The notes under the pieces were generated by a model that had not been told where the DNA came from, did not search any database, and worked only from the letters and a program-made list of their open reading frames with translations. From NCBI GenBank assembly GCA_010093745.1, contig MU006005.1, positions 5,934 to 69,933 on the forward strand: a stretch of DNA of 64,000 nucleotides, in the 5' to 3' direction. This stretch comes from Piedraia hortae CBS 480.64 (Eukaryota). Below, in pieces: positions 50,408 to 61,747 of this stretch; the stretch's first letter is position 1; every line of letters begins with the position of its first letter. Made by a program: the position numbers and the translations under genes.

Positions 50408-51854
50408 GTCGATGTCTCCGATCTACTGGGGATCGGTCCCTATCTACTTGAAAGCATAAGGTAGGATGCCTACATCGCATCGGCGGACGAATCGTGGGGG
50501 AGACAAGGATGTCCCTGCCATCCATGTTATAGGCTCCGACAGGAACCGTCCTATCTTCCAGCGGATATCAAGACAAGCCGCCTCAATGAGGCTTTATAGC
50601 GAGGTGGAGGCAGATATCTTGACTATGCCCCAGTACGATTATTCATGAAACTAATTGTCGAGCTGCGGAGACTACTGTCCGCCGTCCAGCACAATGAGTT
50701 GGGCGTGTTAGGTGGGCTTAGTCTGCACTTGGTCTTCAGATCTTAAGACGAAGGTGTTATCTGTTGAAAGACAGTTATTGCGTAGCGTAATCGTTCTGAA
50801 GATTGAGTTTTTAACAAAGTTTTATTTTCTGATGTTCAGCAGCGAACTTATGTACAAGTAGCTTCTTTGTTCAGACAGTCTCAAATATCACTCCATTGCC
50901 CCACTGTCCTCTTTATTATGCTCTTTGAGAATTTTGCTATACAGGATTTATCTTTGTATAGTCTTTATTATCAGGCCAAGGTATGGCACTGATACTTCTC
51001 AACAACAACATCATCATGGCACTGAATGACACTACTAGAAAGTCACATGATGCGGCTCACCTAGTGGATGCAACCAGCCCTGTTTCGCCTATAACTTCAC
51101 AACAAAAGACCCTCCTCAATCAGCACTCTGACAGTATGAAGTATTCTCCGATAACGCTGAATAGAATGAACATATATCGCATCGCATATGCAGAGCTGGA
51201 AAAGATCATTCGAAAAGAAGGCGTTTGACCGACTGCGGACCTGTTCCGTCTTGCTTTGTAAGCTGTTATGTGTGTGTATTCTGTTTCACGATGAGGACGT
51301 GTAAAAGCGTACACATAAGGATGATAAATTCTGTTGAAACAGGTCCGCAATGCCTCAAGCCACTTTTTTCTTATTGATCCCCTTCAACGCTTCGTATGCG
51401 GTGTGATGAAATCCTATTCGGCGCTATCAGGGGTACCTTTTGTACTGTCAAATTTTTGATTGATGGTTTTGTTGTGAAGTTATGGACAAAAAAAGGGTTA
51501 GTTGCATCGACTAGGTGGGCCCCAACATAGAACCGAGTTGTGTTAATGAGGCGATTCTCGCTATAATGGCAACGGCAATGTTACACAAGTGTGTCATGCT
51601 GCAGAGTAAACCTCTTGTCTGTTTCGGATACCCAGCCGTCATCTGAGTAGTCTAGCCAGAGCATTCTCGTGTGCCAGTCTCGACGGCATATTGCATCCGC
51701 TCCGTTCATCTGCCCCAAACGATTGTATTCACACACGTCATCGGATGGTTTAATGCATGCACGCCATTAATACCCCGCCTCACCAGACCTCAGCCTTGTG
51801 CCAGCCGGTACCTTCTCCAGTTTCCTTTTCTCACCACCTTCCATCGTGTACAGC

Positions 51855-54800
51855 ATGCCGGAGTGGGTTAGACGCTTGAAAGCGAAGGGAAAGTCGCATA
51901 TATCACGTCAACAAGCTTCCACTATACAGCCTCCCCAGCCCGTGCAGCAGCACAATTTGTCTGTCCCAACTTCAGCTTTAGTACTGGCAACGCGAAACCC
52001 ATTTGAAGACAAGGGCAAGTTACTACGCGATGCCATTGAAAAGCTTCCCGCCGAAGATCGTCAGTTCGTTCAAGATCAACTGGGGTCCAGCAGCAATGTC
52101 GAGAGGGACGCGGCCAGAGTCGAGACCTCAAGAGGCCAAAACCAAACTAAAAAGCCCAATCAATGGATTGTGAGCATGAGGAAGATCGCTTGTCAGATTA
52201 TGCAACTTGCGCCGGTATTTGATGTTGCGACAAATGCCCAAGCGGAAGTGCTAAGCATGCCATGGGCCGGCATTCGCTCTCTCTTGATGGTAAGCAGCAA
52301 TGCTGTGCAACTGCGACCCTGAATAACACCATTTCTCTAGGTGGCTCAGAAAACTCAAGAGCAAAGTGACTCGGTCCTGAAAGGAATCGAAACGGTGCTG
52401 GACACAGGCCACCTTCTGAATGGATATTTTGACATCTATAGCCAGCTTGCTGCGACGCCCGCAATTGGCCATTTGTATGACAACATCGTCAAGCTCTACG
52501 GCCTCAATTTGACGTTCGTAGCGCACGCACAGCACACATGTGACATGAAAAGTGTGGAACGTACTATACAATCCTTGACTGGTGAGGTTATACCAAAGTT
52601 CAAAGAAAGTCACGATAGGATGCTGAAAACCGTTGAATCCCATTGTCAAGTTGTGAACGAAGAGGTCTCTCAGGAGCAGCGGGCATGGGTCAATGAGCAG
52701 CTTAAGGCATTGAGGAAGGCTCAGGAGGAAGTCAATGAGAGAGTCAAGGGCGTTCAACAAACGCTAGATCTTAGTGCTCTTCAGGTAGCTGATTGGGCAG
52801 CTTACAACTCGATAAACAATCGTAGTGCCGACGATATTGGCGAGCTGAAGCTTTGTCTGGACGGTACCCGGGAGCAGATCAGAGAGAAGATCCTGGACTG
52901 GGCCACCACCGCAAGCGACCAAAGAGTGTTCTGGCTGTCTGGGAAGGCCGGAACGGGCAAGTCCACAATTGCTCGAACCGTTGCCGATGAACTTGCGAAG
53001 CAAGGGTATCTGGTGGGAAGCTTCTTCTTCAAGCGTGGGCAAGGTGAGTTGGGCCGCGCTCGCAGTCTGTTTCCCACCATTGCCCGCCAAATGGCAGACT
53101 TTGTACCCAGCATCAGCCACGAGATTGCTGCCGCCTCCAAAGGCTCCCCTCCGGTGAATGAAAGGCCGCTGACAACTCAGTTCGACACGCTTATCAAAGG
53201 ACCGCTGTCAGGGTACAGTACGGGTTCCGCGATAGATATCAGGGCCATTGTCATCGATGCTCTTGACGAGTGCGAGGACTGGGGAGCGATAAGCCATGCA
53301 ATGACTCTTTGGCCAAAACTTCGTGCACAAAGCTCCATGAACCTACGAGTTTTTGTGACGAGCCGGTCCGACAATAACATCGACAATGCGCTCGCCAAGA
53401 TGGAGAGCAAGGATCTCCAGCACGAGAGGCTTGAAGAATGGCAATCGAGCACTATCGAGCATGACCTGAGGTTGTTCTGTTACGATGAGCTGAGGAAGCT
53501 CCGCGAGCAGAGCAGAAACGACTATGATGAGCTCGATGATGGCTGGCCAGGGGAAAGCGTTGTCGACAAACTTGTGGAAATATCAAAGCCACTGTTCATT
53601 GCAGCCTCCACAATATTCCGCGAAGTAAGCAAAGATCCACGAGGGCAACTTGAGGAATGGGTGGGCCGGCTCAACTTCACTGGCTCGAAAGGGCTCAACT
53701 GCATTTATTCAGACATTCTCGAGCAAGCTGCTAAAGTTGACCAAGCTGCTGTTGACCAAGAGTGGCTCGACCAATTCAACCAAATCATCAAGCCATTCGC
53801 CCTTCTCCATTCTTCTCTCACCATCTCGGCACTTACGGATCTTTTGGGAGGGAAAATTACGACGGTTGGTAATGCTCTCAAGCCCTTGAGTTCCGTAATC
53901 GAGTTTCCAAGTGGCAAGGAGTTCAAAGCGGGCTCACGGGCTAAGGTACGGATTTATCATGAATCCTTCCGAGACTTCCTCATAGATCCCAGTCATAAGA
54001 GCAGACCTCAGTTCTGGGTTAACGAAGGCGAGACCCACGGCATTCTCCTAACGAGATGTTTAGATTTGCTCAAGAACAAGCTCGATCGTGACGTGCGTAA
54101 GCAGAAAGATCCAGCAACGGAACGCAAAGGTGTGTCCGCCGAGGATGTCGAGAAGCACATCCCAGAGTCCGTACAGTATGCCTGCCGCTACTGGACCAGC
54201 CATGCAGTCAAAAGCAATAAGACACTTGAAGGTGGCGGAAAAGTAGATCGTTTCCTACGCGCATGTCTCCTTCATTGGACAGAAGCAATGGCCTGGCTGA
54301 ACAAGCTCGGGGAAATGATAATATGCCTAAAGCAGCTGCAAAAAGCCATCGACGTATGTATTGCTTCTGTTTCTGTCCGCCGAAAGTATGCCTAACGCTG
54401 CGCAGTCACAATCATCGCCCAAGCTACACGCCTTTGTCGCCGATGCTCTGAGATGGGTCCCAGCAAATCGAAAGATGATTAGCGATAGACCACTTCAGAC
54501 ATATCTCTCAGCACTGGCTTTTGCGCCGAGTAACAGTATTGTACGAAACAGCTTCAGAAGTGAGATGGAAGATTCCTTGCAGGTTTGGCCGTCAGTCGCG
54601 AGTGATTGGGGCTTTGAGTTGCAAACGCTGAGGGGGCATAGTCATGAAATACTGTCGATAACGCCTTCGAGCGACGGGAGACTGCTGGTCACCATTGCCA
54701 AGGACAAGACAGTGCGACTATGGGATGTTGAAAGCGGCACCGAAGAAAAACGTATGGAACTTAACTCGTCAGATGAGTATGTTCACATCGCTGCTTCAGC

Positions 54801-56487
54801 GTTTCCTGGAAAAGACGTTGTGGCCATTGCCGGGCCGTCCGGAGATTATTGGAGGTGGAACCTGGAAGACGACGTAAAACAAGTTAGCCGAACGCTGCCC
54901 GGGGTTGCAAAAAGCGTTTCCGTCTCTCCGAACGGTCGATATGCCGCTTGGGGCCTAAACACTGGTCAAATCTACATCTGGGACGCCGACAACAACGCCG
55001 AACAGGTGGTTGAGGGTCACAGCTCTTCAGTGTGGTGCATGGCGTTCTCGTCAGATAGTGAGGCACTGGTGTCGGGATCCAGAGACATCTGGAAGTGGAG
55101 CGTACAAGCTGGGCCTGAAAAACTATGCCAAGTCGGTACTGGTATCGAGCGCATCGCCATTTCGCCAAATGGCAAGTTCGTTGCCTTTGGGTCTAGTTGT
55201 GACACGATATCGTTGTTTCACTGCACCACCCACGAAGTTGAGCAAATCATGCAAGAAGGAGCCGAAATATATAGCCGCGATTTTGTCATGGTTACGCCAG
55301 ACAGCCAGAAACTTTTGATTTGTGACGGGTTTAGTCTTTATGTCTACGACTTTCAAACGCAACGGGAGCCGATGAAACTGCGATTAAGAATCGATATCAC
55401 AGCCTTGACACCATCGCCCGACGGGAAGACAATCTGGGCGGGGCATTTGGGTGGACGAATTACACAGCTGGACGTGGATTCAATCTTGAAGAGCCCGCAG
55501 CATAGGCCTGGCGACAATAAAGTCGCACTGTCAACGGATGGACTGTCACTCGCCTCATTTTCTGAACCAAACCAGCTCAGCCTTTGGAACATTGAAACGC
55601 GAATTTGCGAACGGCGGTTAACAGATGAGAGGCTTTCGAAAATCTCTCGCTTCTGGATCCTGATCTCTTCGGACAGTCGTTTCGTGGTTGTTGTGTGCAC
55701 AAGCCCTGACTCGGAAGACGCGGTTTTGATTTGGGACTTGGATACAGATGAACTGAGAGAGTTGGAAGACAGACCAGACTATGTTACTGCTCTTACGTTG
55801 TCCGCAGACAACAAAACACTCCTTTGCGGTTTGCGCGACGGTCAGATATGGGCTATTGATCTGGAACGTGGAGATCTGCGAGGAAAATTCACGGGTCATA
55901 CGGAAAAAATCTGCGATGTAGCGATTTCTCCAGATGGGCAGAACTTTGCATCGGCATCAGACGATAAGACAATAAGGATCTGGGGACCGGAGTCACAAAG
56001 CCCGCTGGTACTGAGCTCTGAAGTAGAAATGTATGAGGCATGTTTCTCAGCAGACGGTCGGATGCTCTACACTTGCAACAACTTTGGAATATGTGAATGG
56101 GACATTGAAAAGGTGTGCACTGTGCGCACACTCGATCCGGGCAGTTATGGTGGTTCGATACTTATCGATGGTCGCTTTGTGCCGTCAAGGTTTCTGCCTG
56201 TTGTGGACAGGTTAGTAGCCAACGAAGCCGTCCAGCCCCAAACGCAGGCGCACTCTTCCGCCTCATCAGAGTCCATTTCGGTGTTCGAAGGCCGACAAAT
56301 CTGGACCTTGGACCGTACAAGATATAGTAGAACAAATGGGTGGATCACCGTCAATGGTCGGAAGATCCTTAAGCTCCCTGACCAGCTGCCACCACCTGAC
56401 TGGTTCTCGTGCGGGCGAACGATGATTTTCCCCAACGATAAGACTGGTTTTACTGTTTTATATTTTACGGGCAAAGTCGCCTTCTGA
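51855..56487 (+). CDS. Fungal NLR: helical N-terminal domain - NACHT - WD40 (HET-E-like architecture)
   Basis: N-domain motif (LSMPWAGIRSLL), CLDGTR, Walker A GKAGTGKST, Walker B IVIDALDEC, HESFRDFL and YACRYW, then WD40 repeats. Introns 52290-52340 and ~54354-54404. The frame appears intact. Confidence 0.93.
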
Positions 56488-57133
56488 ATGAAACTGAATT
56501 TGTTCAAATATCCAACGGTCCCGATTCCTTTACTGAGCGATACAGTCGGTCCGTGCCGCTACATTGTAGCTTCTTCTTGAACCTGCCGTAAATGTTTCCA
56601 TAGGGAAAACCAATGCAATTCACGATATGGTCATCGCCGCCAGGCCATATGAGGAAGGGCCTTGTTAAGTTCCTTTAAAGGCAGATGCCAGTCCTCGGCC
56701 GTGTCGTGCCATGGATGACTCCACGCTCCGTTGTGGAGTTGGGTGCGCCGGGATTCCATGTGCATTTCCCATGATCGGCATCTGCGCAAGAACTTGGAGG
56801 GTTTTATGGTCATGTGTTTTGGCTGAAATTCTGAAGGGAAGCACTGTGGGTGTGCGTGGACCTAGGTCCGAGCATAGAAGCTACAGAGAGCCAGAGGGGG
56901 TGCTATAGACTTATGGGCTCCTGCACAGGGGCGCCTTGTCCATATAGCGCGAGCGTACGCGGTACGCGAGCGCCTAATGAACCACGCCCATGGAACAACT
57001 ATGGGACGAAAGGGCTAACCCGTAACAGAAATTTAACTTCTAATCGCCAGGCAGTTTCCGAAACCTTGATTGGTGGAGCTGGGACATGTGTCTCTTAGGG
57101 GAGTGTTAAATCAAAGCTCTACGGACGAGGATA

Positions 57134-57453
57134 CAGTCAACCTGGTTATAGTGGACTACTTGGCGCGAAAATTGTGTCCGCTGTTGTGCAGATCGCCACG
57201 GAGCGACCCGCAGGTGATGACCCATATCCCTGACCAGGGTTCGAGCACTCAGAAAATTTTCTCGTGTAGCTCTAGATACGCGTGTATACTGACACACCTG
57301 TAAGGTGCCGCTGCTTATTAGAACATCCGCTATGTCAAGGATCCGCTGTATCCAGGTACCTATAGGTGAGCGGTGAGAAAATTGGGGGCCCTAAAAATTT
57401 GCTATAAAAAGGCACTTGCTATATTCAGTGTCCGCTATAACCAGGTTCAACTG
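57134..57453. mobile_element. MITE of Tc1/mariner-pogo type (~320 bp)
   Basis: TIRs CAGTC-AACCTGGTTATAGTGGAC and (reverse complement) CAGTTGAACCTGGTTATAGCGGAC, TA on both sides (57132-33, 57454-55) and internal TCCGCT repeats. No transposase. Confidence 0.85.
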
Positions 57454-57865
57454 TACAGAAAATCACGTGGCGTTCGCATGACTAGCCCTTCAACTTTAAT
57501 TGGAAAACCGCTGTGCACGAATGACAGAAGGGCGAACGAATTAATGCGTCTTCCAATGCTATACACGACCTAGGTCTTGACAAACTCGGGTACTCTAGGA
57601 CATTGGGAAACGGGGCTGATGTCAGATCGTGAACATATCAGCGCACCTAATGGGAAAATGGGCACAAAGATGACCTCAGAGACCAGAAAGCACAAAGCGA
57701 TGACATCTACTCGAGGGCGCCTTCTGGCTTGTAAACCGCTGGCTATCCCAAAAGGCGCCATCTCCGACAAAGTTACTGCCCCGGACAAGCACTGCTTCAG
57801 GGGACAAGCAATGCTGCCTCAAAGGGACGGTGCTGTCGGACAGGTACAATGTGAGCAATATTGGT

Positions 57866-58426
57866 TTAGTTGAAGAAATCACCACACATACGACCGTACA
57901 GCGATCGGCCTGAGGGTTGAGCATTACGGCGTGACACCGTTAAACTCTTCAGCCGACTGCAGCATGTCCTCAACGGATTGAAACAGAATCCGTGTTCCGT
58001 GGACTCAAGAAGAAACTTTTCCACCTTTTTCTCTCTATCACTCTTCCTCCCGCAAAGTGCTTGAAGCTTCCTTAAACTTATTTTGAAGGGAGAGAAATGC
58101 CACTCTCCACTCGCGATGTCACACATCAAAGCAGATGTCGTAGAGTTGCGTGATTCGTAGGTACAACAAAAGCACTTGCGGTCCATCGCCACGCTAACAT
58201 ACCACTACCAACAAGATCGTCACATGTATGGATACTACTGCTAGCCAGGGCACTTGTGTAATGACCGGTTCCAGATCTGCACTGACATATCATCTATTGC
58301 GAAACTAGGAATGAAGCAGACACCCCATTTCATTCGCCCCTGCCCTAATCTCAGAAGAATCACATCGCCGTTAGCGCGAGAAAAGGGTATTTTGGAAGTA
58401 TCGATTAACAAATCAATCAAGTTTTT
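57866..58426 (-). pseudogene. 3' half of the decayed ORF split by the LTR rearrangement
   Basis: ORF segments 58426-58241 and 58192-57866 share one frame, separated by several stops. Confidence 0.4.
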
Positions 58427-58619
58427 TGATAAAACGTGAGGTAGGAACCGTATATTGCATTCTGGGAGGCTATCCACCTATATAGGGAAACCCGGAAGAA
58501 CAGACAAACTTTGTCTTTATTTGTTTGTCAAGCAAGCAGAGTAGATACCTTGTATCGCCACGACATCATTCCTGCCAGACCTGACGGCATCCCGGGGCAG
58601 TCCCCATAATATTTAAACA
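58427..58619. mobile_element. Solo-LTR-like repeat, copy 2 (193 bp)
   Basis: Direct repeat of 50021-50213 with TG..CA ends. Flanks TTTTT / CCAGC. Confidence 0.88.
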
Positions 58620-58783
58620 CCAGCTGACTTATACTCGCAAGGATGACATGGACATGATAATCACCTAGCTCGCAGCAACTTCAAGAGCGGGAGGATGACC
58701 AGGCTTGGCATCGACCTACCTTATGACTTTATAAGGCTCCAGCTCTTTGCCCTTCTCGTATCCTTCTTCGCTCCACCATCACG

Positions 58784-59498
58784 ATGAATCTCATCTTGAT
58801 CCTCGTTAGTCTTCTCCTCTTGACCACCAACGCCATTCCTCCCACTCTGATCGCTACGCTTCAGTTCCTCTTGGCTGGCAACGCCAGGCCAATTCACAGG
58901 GCCACACCATCTACTGTCACGCTTCGTTCCATGTCTTCCCTTTTCTCCTTGATAGGGGCCGAACCCTATCAACACCCCTCCATGTAGGGCACGGAGAGCA
59001 TGAAGGGAGGGCCGGTGATGTCTCAGTGTCCGGATTATTCTCCACATCATATCGGCGATTATGAGCGGCAGAGCGCTGCAGAAGGTGGCCTACATCGACA
59101 TCATCGCGCTCTGGGCATAGTTTCGCCGCCTCCAATCTGGCTATCCACGCAAGTGGCGTCGAATGGTCATTGAAGAGGCTGTGGCCCGTTACCCAAACTT
59201 GCGAGAGAGAACTCCTCTGGGGACCACCCTCGACGACAGATTTGCACACATCGTCCAGGCTGTAGAGGAAGGGCCGAACCGCGCGGAGCCCCTTCTGTCG
59301 AGTCTCGACGTACTGGAGAAAATCCTTGCGGCCATCAAGAGGGCCTGTCAGGCCTCCATGGCCTTGATTCGTCTCGCTACCAAAGCCTGCAGCCAGCGGA
59401 CGAGGCGGAGGCGGAGGCGGAGGCGGCGGTATATGCAAGCTACCACGTCGAGCAGGGCGCATAAGCAAACCGCCACACGACAGCCTGAACCAATTTAG
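58784..59498 (+). pseudogene. Decayed gene of unknown family
   Basis: The frame of 59163-59498 extends upstream through one TAG (KVAYIDIIALWA*FRRLQSGYPRKW). A separate hydrophobic ORF lies at 58784. (GAGGCG)n repeat near 59402. Confidence 0.3.
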
Positions 59499-60199
59499 GG
59501 GCTTCGTTCTCTCCACAACCCTTTAGATGTGAATAGCATCATACGGGACCATTGTACATGGTCTTAAATCGAAGATCCAATGTTCCAAATCCTGTCTACA
59601 CGCCGCATCATGTACAATCTGTGATGAAATTTGACGATTGTCTCATATTATGCCTACCTCAGCGCGCACCTCCATCTCCATAACACAATACACGTACCAT
59701 CCAAACACTGTTCCAAAAATCGAAGCCGTTCATCGAGGGTCCCAGTACTCCATAACCATATACAATGCACCGTTCCATCTTTGGTACTAATATTCTGTGG
59801 ACCATGAGTTAGATATTTGATGTTGAGATGATGTACAATTCAAAAAACTGTTAAGCGTGTTTGTATCCCAGTGTGTACCCTCAAGCGTGTTTGTACCATA
59901 AGCATCTTAGTTCCTTTACATTAGAATTCTTCTTGGCTCCACTAACTAATATACTTTATCGACTTGAAAAGCCCCTTTCCCACCTGAGGATTTGGGTTCG
60001 ATCAATGACATGGACAAACTCAATTGGAACTCACAACCACAGCGAACACTGATCAGTGCAACAGCTGCACTTTCCTATTCCCAAACTTTTGAGTTCAGAT
60101 CTGCATCATTCACGACAATAATTCTACGTAGCAGTATCTTACCATCAATGATTTGAAACGCTGAATAATTATCGAGAACACAACTGTTTGATAGCGCCG

Positions 60200-60830
60200 A
60201 ATGGATCTACATTCCCCAACCCAATGGAACGGATCGCTCTGTGTTTCCCATAACGAGGATCCTACTCCCTGATAAGGAGTTTGAGAACACTCTTGGGCGT
60301 TTGGTGGCGTTGATGCGTCTGCGTATAAAGTTTTTGTGCGACCCAGTTCTCGAATTCCACCAATAAGCTAAGGAAACCGTTTTCGTTTGCTTAGTGGCAT
60401 TCTTGCTCTGGAGTTGAAGGGCACACGGTTTACAGGCCTGTTTTCGTACATGCCGGAGCTGAGGATTTTTGACATCGACGATGAATGCTCCGCAGATGAT
60501 CTTGCAGATCTAGGATGGCGCTGGCCGATGCTAGAGGGGTCCCGGGTCTCAATCCATGTCGACATGCGCGATGAAGAAGCTCTGACATTCCAAAAGTTGA
60601 GCAGGCTTGGAATGGTCAATACTCTGCCCAGGGGTCAGCCACACCGTCGGGTGCACACGACAGTAAAACCGAAAAAAAATGATCGCTGAGATGAAGGTGA
60701 GTGTAGGATTAGACTCAGACAAGACGACAATGATGATCGAATTTCTGGGGTTGATGAGAGCGTTTATGACGGACGCATTCATATTATCAAGGGGTTGCAA
60801 ATATTGCTCAGAAAGTTGTAACCCCTACTA
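60200..60830 (+). pseudogene. Decayed Leu-rich ORF (LRR-like relic)
   Basis: Protein-like fragments in shifting frames (LRTLLGRLVALMRLRIKF; LFSYMPELRIFDI). Confidence 0.25.
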
Positions 60831-61010
60831 CTCAACTTTCCCTCACCCCAGATATCCTCGAATCTCCATGCGAGCCCCGATTAACTCTTCCCTCGCTCTC
60901 TATTCATTAGGGAGGGCGAGGGAAGAGATCCCACCGCATATTCCAGCCGTAGCCCCCTTCGACGGGGCTACGAAATCTCAGCCTCCATTTCGCACTTCTC
61001 CCAATGCGGC

Positions 61011-61350
61011 AGACAAGTATCAGAAGCCGCGCAATCTCTTCTCCTTTACGGCATGGTGGCCATACGGTACATGGAGGTGGCTGCCGATCGCCTGTACGTG
61101 CATCTGCTTGAGCTCTTTTTTCATGGTCTGCATGGTGTGATTAGGTGCGTCGACCTCATGGGTTTCGAATGACTCATCCGAGAGCTTGACGTTGAACGGC
61201 TTGTCGTTCGCCTGCCTTTGGTCAGTCACCGCAGCCAAGCCAGGCCGGGGCTACTAACTCGTGGGACTTTGCGCATTGCCGGCGCGTTGCTGGTGCATTG
61301 CTGGCGCAGGATGCGACCTTCATCAGCATGGGCGGAGGTGGTGGAGGACT
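61011..61350 (-). pseudogene. PDA1: Fragment of pyruvate dehydrogenase E1 alpha gene with internal inversion
   Basis: DKPFNVKLSDESFET...KELKQM...KEKRLRGF*YLS. The missing MVAIR.ME.AADRLY segment reads on the opposite strand (61047-61097). Intron 61258-61212 is retained. Confidence 0.9.
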
Positions 61351-61747
61351 GGAGGAGAGCTGTGTGTGACTTTGACCCCAGAAATTGAAAATTGTTCGGA
61401 GGGGTCTAACTTCGGGCCGTTGCGGAGCCCCCGCACGCCCTGCACACCCTGCAGTCGGAATTTTGCTGCCTGTACGATGGCTCGCTATTCTAACCGTATC
61501 AGGATTAACGGGCACGACCTCACTCTGTGATACATCGCTGTTCTTCTAGCGGATGCGTTGTTGCAGGCAAGACATATCACAGACCATGTTAACAATAGAT
61601 GTGAGAAAATGTTTTCTTCCATGTAGTGGCTCACAGTCCAACGCGGATCGTCTCGTTGCAGAAGTGAGGGAAATCGTTTCCTTTCGCGCATATGATAGAT
61701 ACTCACAGATGACTTTGGAGAAACTTTTACATTTTTTTTGTTATCTG

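Noticed and set aside
51855..52290. Amyloid-signalling NLR with adjacent HET-s/gasdermin effector
   Set aside because: No N/G/Q-rich amyloid motif at the N-terminus and no recognisable effector gene nearby.
54620..56100. Highly conserved hypervariable WD40 array as in het-e
   Set aside because: The repeats are strongly diverged from one another at DNA and protein level.
50021..58619. Intact LTR retrotransposon
   Set aside because: No gag, RT or integrase and no clear PBS or PPT. The cargo keeps its introns, arguing against passage through a spliced RNA.
60940..61000. TPP riboswitch or hammerhead ribozyme
   Set aside because: CTGAGA is present, but the remaining TPP core and the CUGANGA/GAAA arrangement are absent.
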